Below, piece by piece: positions 37,186 to 50,040 of a DNA stretch of 64,000 bases. Numbering within the stretch: the stretch's first letter is position 1; each line of letters opens with the position of its first letter. A program made the position numbers and the translations under genes. The stretch is from assembly GCF_016433145.1 (NCBI RefSeq), contig NC_058135.1, positions 267,492,781-267,556,780 on the forward strand, written 5' to 3'. This DNA comes from Gracilinanus agilis. Taxonomy: Eukaryota. The notes beneath the pieces are model-generated. The model did no database searches. It saw only the letters and a list, made by a program, of their open reading frames with translations, and was not told the origin of the DNA.

Positions 37186-39145
37186 AAATATGAAAGGTGA
37201 GAAGGGTACAGATACAAAAATACTGGCAAGGTAAGTAGATAAGACCTAGCAACTGAATGACCATGAGAAGGGAGATTAAAGAAACAAGGATGACTCCTAG
37301 GTTACAAACCTGAGTGACCAAAGGATTGATCAAAGGATGATGGTAAAAGTCATTTTGAGCCTATGGTCTGAAAGATGGGGACAGTGATGCTTAAGTGACC
37401 TTTAGGGAAAAGCTTCCCTTCCCTGGGTTTCAGGGTCCTCATCTGTAAAATGAACAAGGTCAGACTTAAGTGCTCTCCAAGGTCCTTTCTAGATCCTCTA
37501 ATAATTCTACCTGCTGATTCTCTGGCAACTCCTTGAAATATCCCATAGGTATCTTCCTAAAGAAGCCTTGCACCTTAGCTTAATAAACCCAAGAGTTGAT
37601 CTCTTTTCAGCCCAAAAGCCAGCCTGAGCAGGACCCTCTGCCCTTTGGTCATGAAAGGCTAAGACTCTCCCCCTCCACTCCCAAACTATAGCCCCATTAT
37701 TCCCAGGGAGAATAAAGATATTCAGGAAAATGGAGAATGTTCAGACATTTCAACGTTGATCTGATAGCCATGAGATCTAACCTCTCATTGCAGCAATGAG
37801 GTATTAGGCTTATATTCCTCTTTGGAAGGAATTCCCCAAGAAATACACTCCAAAAAAGCATTCACACAATTCAATTTCACCCAGCATTTTCCCCCTTTTT
37901 TCCTTCCCCTGACTCTATTTCTCCCTCCTCACTTCCTCAGCCTCTTTCAAGTTTCATCTAAAGTCAAGAAGCCCTTCTTGTTGTTCTTCATCTTATTGCC
38001 TTCTCTCTATCGATAGTTTCTAATTGACCCTGTTTATATCTTGTTTATACATAGCTGTTTGCCTCTTGTCTCAGTTCCCTCATCTGTAAAATGAGCCCAA
38101 GAAAACAATGGCAAACCACTCCAGTCTCTTTGCCAAGAAAATCCTGCTTGTCTCAGTTTCCTCATCTGCAAACTGAATTGGAGAAGGAAATGGTAAACCA
38201 CCCCAGTATCTTTGCTCCTTGAGGGCAGGGATTGTCTTTCTTTTGCAGCTGGCACAATGGATAGAATGCTGGACTTGGAGCCAGGAAGACCTCATTCATT
38301 TCAAATCTGGCCTCAGAAATTTACTAGCCATCAGACCCTGGGCAAGTCTCTTTAAGTTCTGTTTGCCTCAGTTTCCTCAACTCCAAAAAGGGAGGGAATA
38401 ATAGCACCTGCTTTATAGGGTTGTTGTGAGGACCAAGTGAGATAATATCACCAAAAGTGCCCAGCATAGAGCCTGGCACATAGTAGGCACTTTATAAATA
38501 TCAGCTGACTGTTATGAACTTGACAATCGCTAACAATCATGAACAGAAGAAGATTATACAAGAAATTGTGACTCTCCCCTGTATAGAATTTTCCCCCTAG
38601 ACAAATTTCTCATTTCTTGTGGTAGTTCGTATGACCTTGTCCCTACCTGCTTGACTTAATCACCTTCTGAACTTCCTTCTGCTCCCTTTTGCTCATTAGT
38701 ATTTATCAAGGTCCTTCTTCTCCAGCGGAACAGGCATTATGCTAAACCCTAAAGCTACAAAGAAAAAACGGGGAAAAAAAAAAAAAGAAATAGTCCCTGT
38801 CCTCAAGGAGTCCCTCCTTTCTGTCTCTTACTCCCACTCTTGCACTCTTGGCTGATTCCCCTTCATCAGTCAAAGGCAGAGGGGTGAGTCAGCAGGCACT
38901 GGAGCTAGCCTTGGACTTGGACAAATTAGAAAGCAAAATGGGCGCCTATTAGTCGGGGAAGAAGTGAACCAATTGTGGCATTTGAACAGAATGCAAAATC
39001 ATTCCTCCATAAGAAATGAAGAATATTCAGAGTAACATGGGAAGAACTGTTTGGACTGATGCTGAGTGAAAAAAACAGAACCAAGGCAAACAATCACAAA
39101 GACAAATGGATAAACAATCAAATCAGCCAAGTGAGGATGTAGGAC

Positions 39146-39535
39146 AGCTAAGTGTTCCAATAAATAGAGCATTTGGCTTGGAATCGAGAAGATTTATCCT
39201 CATGAGTTCAGACCTGGTCTCAAACACTTATTTGCTGTGTTGACCCTGAACAAGTCACTTACCCCAGTTGGCCTCAGTTTCCTCAACTATAAAATAAGCT
39301 GGGGAAGAAGATGGCAAGCCACTCCAGTCTCTTTGACAAGAAAATCCCAGATGGGGTGTAATATAGGTTTATTAACTTTGCCATGTTGGCCTGGGGCAAC
39401 CTGTCAGTTGCCCTGGTTGGAATGTTGATGGTGACATGAGCCAAAGGGCAAAATTCCAACTGCCAGTTGAGCCAAGGGTGGCAAAGTTAATAAACCTATA
39501 TTACAGGAGTATCAGACATGACTGAACAATGACAG
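39146..39535 (+). mobile_element. MAR1-type SINE interrupted by a foldback element at 39357-39505
   Basis: The tail aagaaaatcccagatgggg | ggagtatcagacatgactgaac is split by the insertion. Confidence 0.8.
39357..39505. mobile_element. 149-bp MITE-like foldback element with perfect 27-bp terminal inverted repeats, family not recognised
   Basis: TGTAATATAGGTTTATTAACTTTGCCA ... TGGCAAAGTTAATAAACCTATATTACA. Confidence 0.85.
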
Positions 39536-40162
39536 CTGGGATGTAATTATAACAAGTAGTCTTGACACTGGATGAGAAATGACAAAACATCTCCCTTTTT
39601 TATTGGAGAGAGATGGAGTAGTGCAAATTTAGGGAAGAACACTGGTTTTGATGTTAAAGGACCCAAGTTCAAATTTTATCTCTACTACTTATTCCCTGTG
39701 TGGCTCTAGGCAGGCTACTTCTCCTTCCTGAGCCTCAGTTTGTCTCACCTATAAATGAGACAATTGTATTAGATGAGCTCTGAGGTTTCCTCCACCTCTA
39801 AATCTCTGGTCCTATGAAAGCTATATACTCTGGTACATGTTTTTAGTTAGTTTGACTTAACTGCTTTTCTTGGTCACTAGGGAAGGAGTGAAAGGGATAT
39901 ATCCAGAAATTACTCGTCTGTAAAAACAAAAGGCTGTCTTTTTTGGAGGGGAAGAGGGGAGATGAGTTGGAGATGAAGAGGACTCAGAGTAAAGCAGATG
40001 TTCTCTCTTGCAATATGTCAACCTGGGACTCATTCCAGAAGGACAGGCTCATCTGCAGGATCCCTTACCAAGTCCACCCTCCCAAGCCTTCCTCTGTAGG
40101 ACCTGTCTTTCAGGACTCATTCTAAAGCCTGGAGGCCCAGGGAGAAGAAGCCTCTGCTTGTG

Positions 40163-40176
40163 GTTGCTATAGCAAC
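40163..40176. promoter_or_regulatory. RFX X-box-like perfect palindrome GTTGCTATAGCAAC
   Basis: 14-bp palindrome fitting the X-box consensus GTTGCCATGGCAAC (12/14), in apparently non-repeat sequence. Confidence 0.45.
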
Positions 40177-43039
40177 AGCACCATCATTTCAATGGGCTTC
40201 TCACCCTGGATCCTTCAGCCTTTCCCACGGTAGAGCAGACAGAAGCAAGGCTATGTTCTCTTAATGACCAGCCCTTGGGTTTTTGTAGGATCAAAAGGGA
40301 AGAAGATCTTTCTGTTTTCCACACTAACATCATGTTGCCCAAAGCCTTGAGATTCCCAAACCCTGGTGATGGTCAGGGTTGGAATATGGGAAATAATAAT
40401 AGCTGATATGGAGACCTTTAAAGTTTGCTTAACAGAGATCTTATTATCTTCAATTTACCAAAAAAGGAAACTGAGGTAGGCTAAATGACTTGAGTATGAG
40501 CCCGCAGCTATTGAGCAACAGAAGCAGGATTTCAACCTCTATCTAACACTCCTTCTACCCCACTAGGCTGCTTAAGGGCTATGTCAATAAAGTCTAGAAA
40601 CTCTTCCCCATTCTCAGCCCTACCTGCCCTTCTGGGCCTTTAGCCCTGTGGTCAAGTATTTATCGAACACCAGGCTAATAAGTATGCCAGGCATTGGGCT
40701 AAGAACTGGAGGATCCAAGGAAGGCCAAAAGAGTTCTGCCCTTAAGGCACTCACATTCTAAAAGGGCATCGATACACCCTGCAAATATCTAGGTGCATGC
40801 AGGACATCTGCAGAAGAGATGAAGGTCATCTAGGAGAGCATTTGAGCTTGGGGAGATCAGGAAAGACCTGAAGAAGAAATAGCATTGGAGCTCAGTCTTG
40901 AAGGGGAATCAGGGATACTAAGACTTGGGGATGGGAGAGTGCAGAGCATTCCAGAGAAAGGGGGACAGGCTGTGTGAAGGTTTGGAGAAGGAAATGGGGT
41001 GTCTGAAGTGCTATGAGTGGACTAGTTTACTAAGATCACAGCATGAGCTGAAGGGAAGAAAGGCAGAAGGCTGGAAAGGTAGGAAGGGGAAAACTTTGAA
41101 AGGGTTTTCAATGACAAACAGAAGAATTTCCATCTGCTCCTGGAGATGACAGGAGGGAGCTACTGGCAGTCCTTAAACAGGGAAGGCGACATAGTCACAC
41201 TAGACTATATAGAAAAGTCACCTTGGCAGCTCAGCAGAGGGTAAGGGGAGGCCTGAGGCAGAGAGACCAGGTACACTTCTCTGCCAAGTCCCCATACCCT
41301 TTGGGCCCAACCACATCTCCTTTCCTAAAGAGTTTTTCCTTCTCTGTCTTCACCTTGAAGACCCATTTACTTTCTCCTTTATTGTCCTACCAGAAAAACT
41401 CAGTGGCTTAGTTTCTCACTAACCCAGAACAGTCTTTGGTTCTGGGAGATAAGCCCATCAGTGTGTAGGGCCTCATGCATGCACTGGCCATCATTCTAAA
41501 CTCTTGGCCACTTAACAAAGTTCCAGAAAGACTAAACAAAGGAAGGCTGGACTGGGAGGCAGATGGGTGGTTGAGTGGATTGAGAGACAGGTCTAGAGAT
41601 AGGAGTTCCTGAATTCAAATCTGGCTTCAGATACTTCCTAGATGTGTGACCCTGGGCAAGTCACTTAACCTCCATTGCCTATCTTTTGTCACTTTTCTGC
41701 CTTGGATTGATTCAAAAATGAAAGAGAAGGGTTTTAAAAAAAGAATATTGGACTGGTAATCAAATTTTGGTGCCAATCCAGAATCTATGACTAGCTAGCT
41801 ATGTAATCTTGGACAATTACTTTCCCTTTCTGAACTTAATTTTCCTCACCAATAAATAAGTGTTGGGTTATACAATGGCTGAGATTCCTTTGGTTATGAA
41901 ACCAATCAAAGAGCTTCCTCTTCAGCCATATGGTCACAGACTGTCTACACAACCTTCACATCACTTCCATTACAAGTCACTAACTCTGGAATCAGTTTCC
42001 CTGGCCTTTTTCATGCTCAGAACTGAGTAACTGAGCTCTCTGAGAATGCTTCATAAAGACTGCGCCAATTGGTCAATCATCCATTACTCTTGCCATACAT
42101 TCTTGGCTTCAAGACAGATGAATGAGGGTCAGTCCCCCATCGAACTACCAAAGGGCATGACATCAGCTTCCCTGTCACTTCCCTCCCCATCCCTGTGACT
42201 CCTCAGTCCAAAACCCACTTCTCTGTCCTCTACACCCTGATTTATGTTGTCTTTCCTTAATAGACCGTATAAACTCCTCAGCTGTTTCTTTTGAATTTAC
42301 ATCTAATGCCTGGCACACAGTAGGCACTTAATAAATGCTTTGCCATTCATTCCTGCATTCCTTTCCATTTCTCCATCCATTTATGGAGGCCAAGCTCCAA
42401 GCCTAGAACTTAATCTGTCTTCTCCTCTGACTTCTCTTTGATCAAGACCCAGCTTAGATGCCACTTGCTTCATGAAGCCTCTGTTAAAGTCTCTAGTTAA
42501 ACGCAAGCCCTCTCTCCTCAAATTCTCTCAGAGAATTTAATGACCATCCCTTTTTAAACCCATTCCCAATCTATCCTATATTGTAATTTTATGTGTCCTT
42601 GCCATCACTACCACCTGCTTGGATTTCAAGCTCCTTGAGAGCAGGGACTATATTATTTTTCTTTTTTAAACCCTTACCTTCTGTCTTAATATAATTCCAA
42701 AACAGAAGAGTGGTAAGGGATAGGCAATCGGGGGTTAAATGACTTGCCCAGGGTCCCACAGCTAGGAAGTATCTGAAGTCAGACTCAACAGCTTCTAAAG
42801 TCCCTTCCAGTTCTCAATCTATGATGCTATGAAATCCAAATCAGTTGGTAACAGCGTTAAAGGAAATAATCCTAGGCATCAAGACAATGACCATTCTTTA
42901 TGGGGGTCTTTCACAAACCACAGACCTTCCTCATTCAGTTACCTTTGTACCCCTATGGTACAAATTCAGTGATTCCTCGTTAATCAAAATTAAGGCTAGA
43001 ATAGTTGTTCTCCTAGCTTTTTCAACTTTCTGAAAGATG

Positions 43040-43440
43040 AAAATATCTATAAGGCAAGTTGAAAATTTAACCAGTACTCTGCAGTTAGGAGAGCACCCAA
43101 GTCTTCTTCTGTTAATGGAGCTGTGAATTGGTTCAACCATTCTGGAAAACAATTGGCACAACACCCAAAAGTCCACTAAGCTGTAAATATACTTTGACCC
43201 ATATATATTAGGCATATACCCCAAGGAGGTCAAGGACACAGAAAAAGGGACCATATGGCTAAGAATATTTATAGCAGCTCATTTTGTTGTAGCAAAGAAC
43301 TGGAAACAAAATAGAGGTCCATCAATAGGGGAATGGCTAAACAAATTGTGGTTTATGAATATGATGGAATATTATTAAGACATAAGAAATGGAGAATCTG
43401 GTAGATTCAGAGAAATACAGAAAGATTTGCTTAACACAGA
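43040..43440 (+). mobile_element. L1 ORF2 3' fragment
   Basis: ccattctggaaaacaattggc...ctaggcatataccccaag...atagcagctcattttgttgtagcaaagaactggaaac. Confidence 0.75.
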
Positions 43441-45119
43441 GACTAGAGGCAATTGCTACTGGGGCTCAAAGGGGCTCAGAATACTGACCCTTTCCTGCCC
43501 TATAGCCTAGCCATGTGGTTGTGAACCACCAAGTTCATTGCTAGGAGAGCAGGATCTTTCCTCAAGGGATTGGGCTTCCCATTTTCAAATTTATTGACAA
43601 ATTGATCCCATCCTAGGCACTCCTATGACATTTTTATTTTGGAGTCTAGTCTAGGGTTTCTCCAAAAATGGGGAAATAAAAAGGGATACTCAACATAAAA
43701 ATAAGGATTAGACACAGGATATATGATTTATTCCTACTCAAAGTAATCCAAATAATAGATTTTATATGTATACACACATATATAGCTTATAGCTATCTAG
43801 CATAATAATAATAAAAACTATAATAATAGCTAGCATTTATATAATAATTTAAGGTTTGCAAAGCACTTTACAAATATTATCTCATTTTGTCCTGATAGTA
43901 ACCCTGGAAAGCAAGGGCTATTATCCCCATTTTATAGAGGAAGAACTTTCCTAGAGTCATATAGCTAATAAATATTTGAGACCAGTTTTGAACTGTCTTT
44001 TCACTGCACCACCAAGCAAAAGAGTCATGGAATACACTACAAAATGACTTGAACAGAATTCAGTAACTCACTCGTTACTATTATCACAGTTGACTGGGAA
44101 GTCAATCACTGATGACTGCAAATTAGCCATGTTATCTCACCTTTGTTGGCATCGATCATTGGCATCTCATCAGTCAGTCTAGTTTACTCTTTCCAGTGGC
44201 CATTCTCCAATTCAGCTCCTCCTTTGCTGCCAATCCACTCTCCTCGCCATGGCTGACCTTTATGATAAAGCCATCAGCCTCTGCTCTTTTGGTGGAAGAC
44301 CACAACATTCATGGCTTTGCTTCTGACTCTCTGGTCTTTGCCACCAGACCTTTACTCTGGTACCCTTTCTCCCTATCCCTCACTTTTCATCTCCCTTTTA
44401 GACACTGTCTTTCTCCATTAGACTGGAATTTCCTTTGAAATCTGATTTTATTTTTACTTCTATTTTATTCCAGCACTTAATATAGTATCTGCCCTGATGT
44501 AAATGCTTATAGACTTGACTTGACCCTGTGGCCAAAGACCTCAAAACCTTTAGGGTCCACACAGGGACACACACAAGGAAGATGGTTCTACCTCAGGAAC
44601 AGGTTTGCATAGGCAGGACATCCATTCACCATAGCTTGTGGGGGATTTATTATACATCTACTGTGTCCTAGGCATTGTGCTAAATGCTTTACAAAAAGGA
44701 GGAAGAGGATTTGGAACTCAAAAAAAAAGTTTTAATGAATGCTTAAAAATTGTTTTTACATGTAATTAGGGAAAAATAAAATATTATTTAAAATAATAAT
44801 AATATCTCACTTGATCCTCACTATATGTCTGTAAGGTATGTGCTATTATGATTCCCACTTTATAGTTGGGGAAACTGAGGCAGATAGCAGTGAAGTGACT
44901 TGCCCATTGTCAAACAACTATTAAGTATCTGAAGCCAGATATGAACTCAGCTCTCCCTAACTCCAGGCTCAGGGCTCCAGCTAGCTGAAGACCAGATGGG
45001 AAGTAAGGGAGCTCCCAACCTTCACACAGCTCTAAGTCCTCCTTATGTTTCTAATCTATAGGGTAACCATCAAAGAGTGAGTTGCTTCTTTAGCATGTAG
45101 CATAGGCTCTGGGTTAACT

Positions 45120-45660
45120 TTTTAAAAATTTTTGTTTTTCTAATCTTTATTTTATTCCAATAACAAATTTACACATAAGTTTCCCAAAGTTACACGATTC
45201 ATGTTGTCTCCCTTCCCTCTTCCTTCCCCCCTCCCAGAGCTGACAAGAAATTCCACTGGATTTTACATGTATTATCATTCATAACATATTTCTGCATTAT
45301 TCATTTTTAAGAGAATAATCTTATAAAGCCAAAATCCCAAATTATATACCCAAATAAACAAGTGATAAATCATACATTTTCATCATAAAACCAAAACCTC
45401 AAATCATAAACCCAAATAAACAAGTGATAAATCTTATGTTTTCATCTGGATTTCTATTCCAACAATTCTTTCTCAGGAGATGAAAAGCATTCTTTTTCAT
45501 AAATCCTTCAGAATTGTGCTGGACCATTGTTAGTAGCAAAATGTATCACATTTGATCGTTCCACAATATTTCAGTTACTGTGTATGATGTTTTCCTGGTT
45601 CTGCTTATTTCACTGCATCAGTTGACCTAGGTCTTTCCAGCTCTTCCTGAAATCCTCCTG
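45120..45660 (-). mobile_element. L1 3' end fragment with a ~60-bp internal tandem duplication (~45320-45445)
   Basis: Marsupial L1 3' UTR motifs. cccaaataaacaagtgataaatc occurs twice. Confidence 0.75.
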
Positions 45661-46400
45661 TCTGGTCTAACTCTTGCAATCCACATTGGGACAAGCTGGG
45701 TCCCCAAAGAACAACTGGCTAGTTTTCCCTTCAGGGTTCTAGGGAAAGTGCTGAGAGGTTAAGGAGTGGTTTCCTAGTGTTATTGTTTATGAAACCCACC
45801 GGTATGCTCCCTAGGACTTTGCCTTCATCACCCTCATTCAGTACCTTCCATGATCACGGCTAAGTAGCACAGTGGAAAGAGCGTCAAGCTTGGAGTTGGG
45901 AAGACCTGGATTCAAATGTGGCCTTAGCCACTGCCTATCTGTGTAGACCTTGGGCAAGTCACTTATCCTCATTTGCCTAGCCCTGGCCCTTTTGTCTTAG
46001 AGTTGTTACAAGAACAGAACTAAGAGTTTTTCCTTTTAAAAAATGTGGGAGAAAACAATTTTGAAAGGTCTTAGAACTCTACTAAAGAAGTGGCCAATCA
46101 TGACTTCAAAAGGCTGATGATGTAGCCTATTTATTGGCCAAAAGAAGGTGGCCCAGAAGTGCAGAGTGAGCGTGCATTTGCAGACATGGACAATGTGTTG
46201 GTTTATTTTGTATGCATATTCATTACAAGAAAAGGAAGGAGAGGATGATGAGATATGCATGAACCAAAAAAGCATTTATTAAGCATTTACTATGTGCCAA
46301 GCACTATGCTAAGTGCTGAGAGATACAAAGGAGTTTGAGGAAAGGCAAGATAATCTCTGCTCCTGAGAAGCTCACTCTCTGATGGGAGAGACAATATTTT

Positions 46401-46678
46401 TTTCATTTATAATCATTTTTGTTGTTTTTATTTTATTTTATTTTTAATTTTTATTTTGAATATTTTCCCATAGTTACATATTTCATGTTCTTTCCCTCTC
46501 TCCCAATTCCCTTAAACCCCTTTAGCTGATGCACAATTCCACTGGGTTTTACATGTATCATTGATCAAGACCTAATTCCATATTATTCATAGTTGGACTA
46601 GAGTTATCGTTTAGTGTCTACATCCCCAATAATATCCCCATCAGTCCATGCGTTCAAGCAGTTGTTTTTCTTCTGTGA
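46401..46678 (-). mobile_element. 5'-truncated L1 3' end inside an L2, 14-bp TSD
   Basis: TSD AGAGACAATATTTT at 46387-46400 and 46679-46692. Confidence 0.85.
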
Positions 46679-48030
46679 AGAGACAATATTTTAAAAAAGA
46701 GTTCAGCTGTAGAACTGGTTGGAGATGTCCAGCCTTCCCAAGAGTGCAATGACAAGGCTGACAACAAGGCCCATGGGTCCTTAAATTGCATCGAGAAGAC
46801 CAGATGGCAGGGCTAGAGATCTAGAGGGAACAGCGGTCAATGAGAAGACCTGGAAGACTTTAGGTTGCAGTGGCCAACCTAGTGATCCTTCATCTCACAG
46901 GGAGGAATAGAGTTAGGGACTTTTTATCTTATCCAAACAATGTGATAGGTCAAGAAGCATTGGGAGAGTCCGAGAGCTTGGGTCCAGGATAGGAGGGGGA
47001 GGCTGTGAATGGAAGATGAGTAAAAGTGGTTATAAAGATAAAACGAATTAGAAAAATATTTTTTTAATTCACAGAAGAAAAAATGGAATGCAGAAAGGGA
47101 TATAAATAGTGCAATTTTCTTACTACCTTGTTAAATTTTACATGCACATTTGTGTATGGATATATACTTATATCTATTCACAAATACACATAAAATCCAA
47201 ATCGTACATAACAATTTATAATTTCTTTTTTAAAACCTTTACCTTCCATTTTAGAATCAGACTAAGTATTGGTTTCAAGGCAGAAGAGTGGTAAGGGCTA
47301 GGTAAATTGGGGCTAAGTGACTTGCCCAGAAAGTGTCTGAGGTCAGATTTGAAACTAGGACTTCCTGGCTCTAGGCTTGGCTCTCTGTCTAGAGCCACCT
47401 AGCTGCCCCTAGGATTTCTTATAAAATACTCATTATTGTTCGTTGAATATTGAAGTGTTTGTTGATTATTAAATTCACTATTTTAAAAAGTAAATTTTTC
47501 AAAGAATGAACCTTCCAGAAGATGTCTCATTATTGTCCAGTCACTATTCGATCTGGACTCTTTATCAGTTCTGTAAGCTATATTAGTCTCATCCATCTGG
47601 GTCAGGGTCCCACTCAAAATTACCCATTAGAATGATATTTTTAATTCTTTTGCATTTATTCTTACCCAAATACCCCCAACCATGTTTCAGTCATCTGGTT
47701 CATTGGTTTCCATGTTGGTTTATTCTCCCACCTTTTCTATTAGATCTGTTTCTTTTGAGCCAATTCTGAAGGAAAACTCACTGGACAGTGTTGTAGATGA
47801 AAGATAATTAGCTTCCAGAGCAAAAATCCTGATTCCAACCCTGCCTCTACCACGTACTAACCAAGGGGCCTTTTGTGAGTCACTCTGCCCCCTTTTGTCC
47901 ATCATTGAGACACAGCCATCCCAACTTCTGTTGGATGGACAGAACTATCGATGCATCAAACTACTTAATAGAGTTGTTGTGAAGAAATCTTTTTTATATT
48001 CAGCAAAGTACTATAAGAAATATGAGCTCT

Positions 48031-48773
48031 GATCCAGCCATTCTGGATAGCAATTTGGAACTATGTCCAAAGGGCTTTAAAAGACTGCCTTTTGATCCAG
48101 CTGTACCACTGCTGGGTTTATACCCCAAAAAGATCATAAGGAAAAAGACTTGTACAAAAATATTTATGGCCATGCTTTGTGGTGGCAAAAAACTGGAAAT
48201 TGACGGGATGCCCTTCAATTGGGGAATGGTTGAACAAACTGTGGTATCTGCTGGAGATGGAAATGGATATTGTGCTCAAAGGAATAATGAACTGGAGGAA
48301 TTCCATGTGAACTGGAATGACCTACAGAAAGTGATGCAGAGTGAAAGGAGCAGGACCAGGAGAACTTTATACACAGAGACCAATACACTGTGGCACAATT
48401 GCATATAATGGATTTCTCTACTAGCATCAGTGCAATGATCCAGGACAATTCTGAGGGACTTATGAGAAGAATCCCATTCACATCCAGAGAAAGAACTGTG
48501 GGAGCAGAAACACAGAAGAAAAACAACAGTTTGACCACATTGGTCGATGGGGATAGGATTGGGGATGTAGACTCTAAGCAATCACCCTAATACAAATATC
48601 AATAATATGGAAATGGGTCTTGATCAATGACACATGTAAAACCCAGTAGAATTGCATGTTGGCTACAGGAGGGGGGTTGGGAGGAAGGGAGGGAAAGAAC
48701 ATGAATCATGTAACCATAGAAAAATCTTCTAAATTAATTAATTAATTAAAGATTTTCAAATCACACACACAAA
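48031..48773 (+). mobile_element. Young 5'-truncated L1 (ORF2 C-terminus + 3' UTR), 16-bp TSD
   Basis: ORF 48022-48408 contains LPFDPAVPLLGLYPKKI..TCTKIF. TSD AAGAAATATGAGCTCT at 48015-48030 and 48774-48789. Confidence 0.92.
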
Positions 48774-48799
48774 AAGAAATATGAGCTCTTCTGATGAAC

Positions 48800-50040
48800 T
48801 TTTTACCACTATCATTCTCATCACACCAAGTCTCCATCATACCTCTGAGATTACATTTCTCCTCCTGGCTTAATATTTTCAACATTACTTTTTCTCAAAT
48901 TCAGCCTATGCCAAATAGAAGCCACTTACCCTTCCCTGCCCCTCTGACTATAGCCTTTTCCAAATTTCTCTATGACAGCTGAGACCACCACCATCCTCTA
49001 GTCACTGGGGCTCCCAATTTCAGGGCTATCTTTATCTCCTCATTCACTGACTCTACCTGTCCAGTCCTTTGCCAAATCTTGCTGTTTCTACCTTTGTATC
49101 ATCTCTCTATGCATTTAGCCAGAGCCCAAGCTTGAGGCCTCATCACTTATCTCTTAGACTACTGTTTGGACCAATAGCCTTAAAAATTTTTTTTATTAAA
49201 TTTAATTAATTAATTTTAAAAAACTCACCTTCCTTCTTAAAATCAACATTAAGTATTAGTTCTAAGACAGAAGAGTGAGAATGGGATTAAGTGATCTGCC
49301 CAAAGTCACTTAGCTATGAAGTGTCTGAGGCCATATTTGAACCCAGGACCTCCCATCGCTCAGCTTGGCTCTCTATCCACTGAACCACCTAGCTGCCCCC
49401 AAACTTTTAACTTATCTCCCTGTTTCAAGTCTCTCCTCTCTCAAAATCCATCATCTGCTCAGCTGCCAAGGTGATTTTTCTAAAGCGGAATCTGACCATG
49501 TCAACCCTTGCTCAATATGGAGCTATCTTACTGGGCATCTAATAGTGAAGTGATGACCATGTAGGGCTTGCAGTCAGGAAGACTCATCTTCCTGATTTCA
49601 AATTTGGTCTCACTTACTAGCTGTGTGACCCTGAGTAAGTTATCTAACTCTGTTGGCCTCAGTTTCCTCATCTGTAAAATGATATGGAGAAGAAAATGGC
49701 AAACTACTTGAGAATTTTAGAAAACCTCAAATGGGGTCATGGAGAGCCCGACTCAACTGAAAACAATTGAATAACAATATTAGTTCCCTTTTATTTCCAG
49801 GATTAAACTTTGGGCACCTAAAATTTCTTTTAAGTTTACCCCTTCCAACCTTTCCAGCCTTCTTGCAACTTATTCCACCCACCTCCAGCCCCCATTCTAC
49901 AAACCAGCTACACCGACCTACTTCTAGTTCCTCAAGCATCTCTCATTTCTATGATTTTGCACTGGTTGTCTCTAATGACTGGGATAATATACCTGTGCTT
50001 TGTGGATTTTAAAGTGCTACATAAACATTAGCTCTTATAT
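48800..50040 (+). mobile_element. L2 LINE fragment with nested SINEs
   Basis: L2 3'-region motifs (tctgaccatgtcaaccc, ttttgcactggttgtc...tgggataat). Confidence 0.6.
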
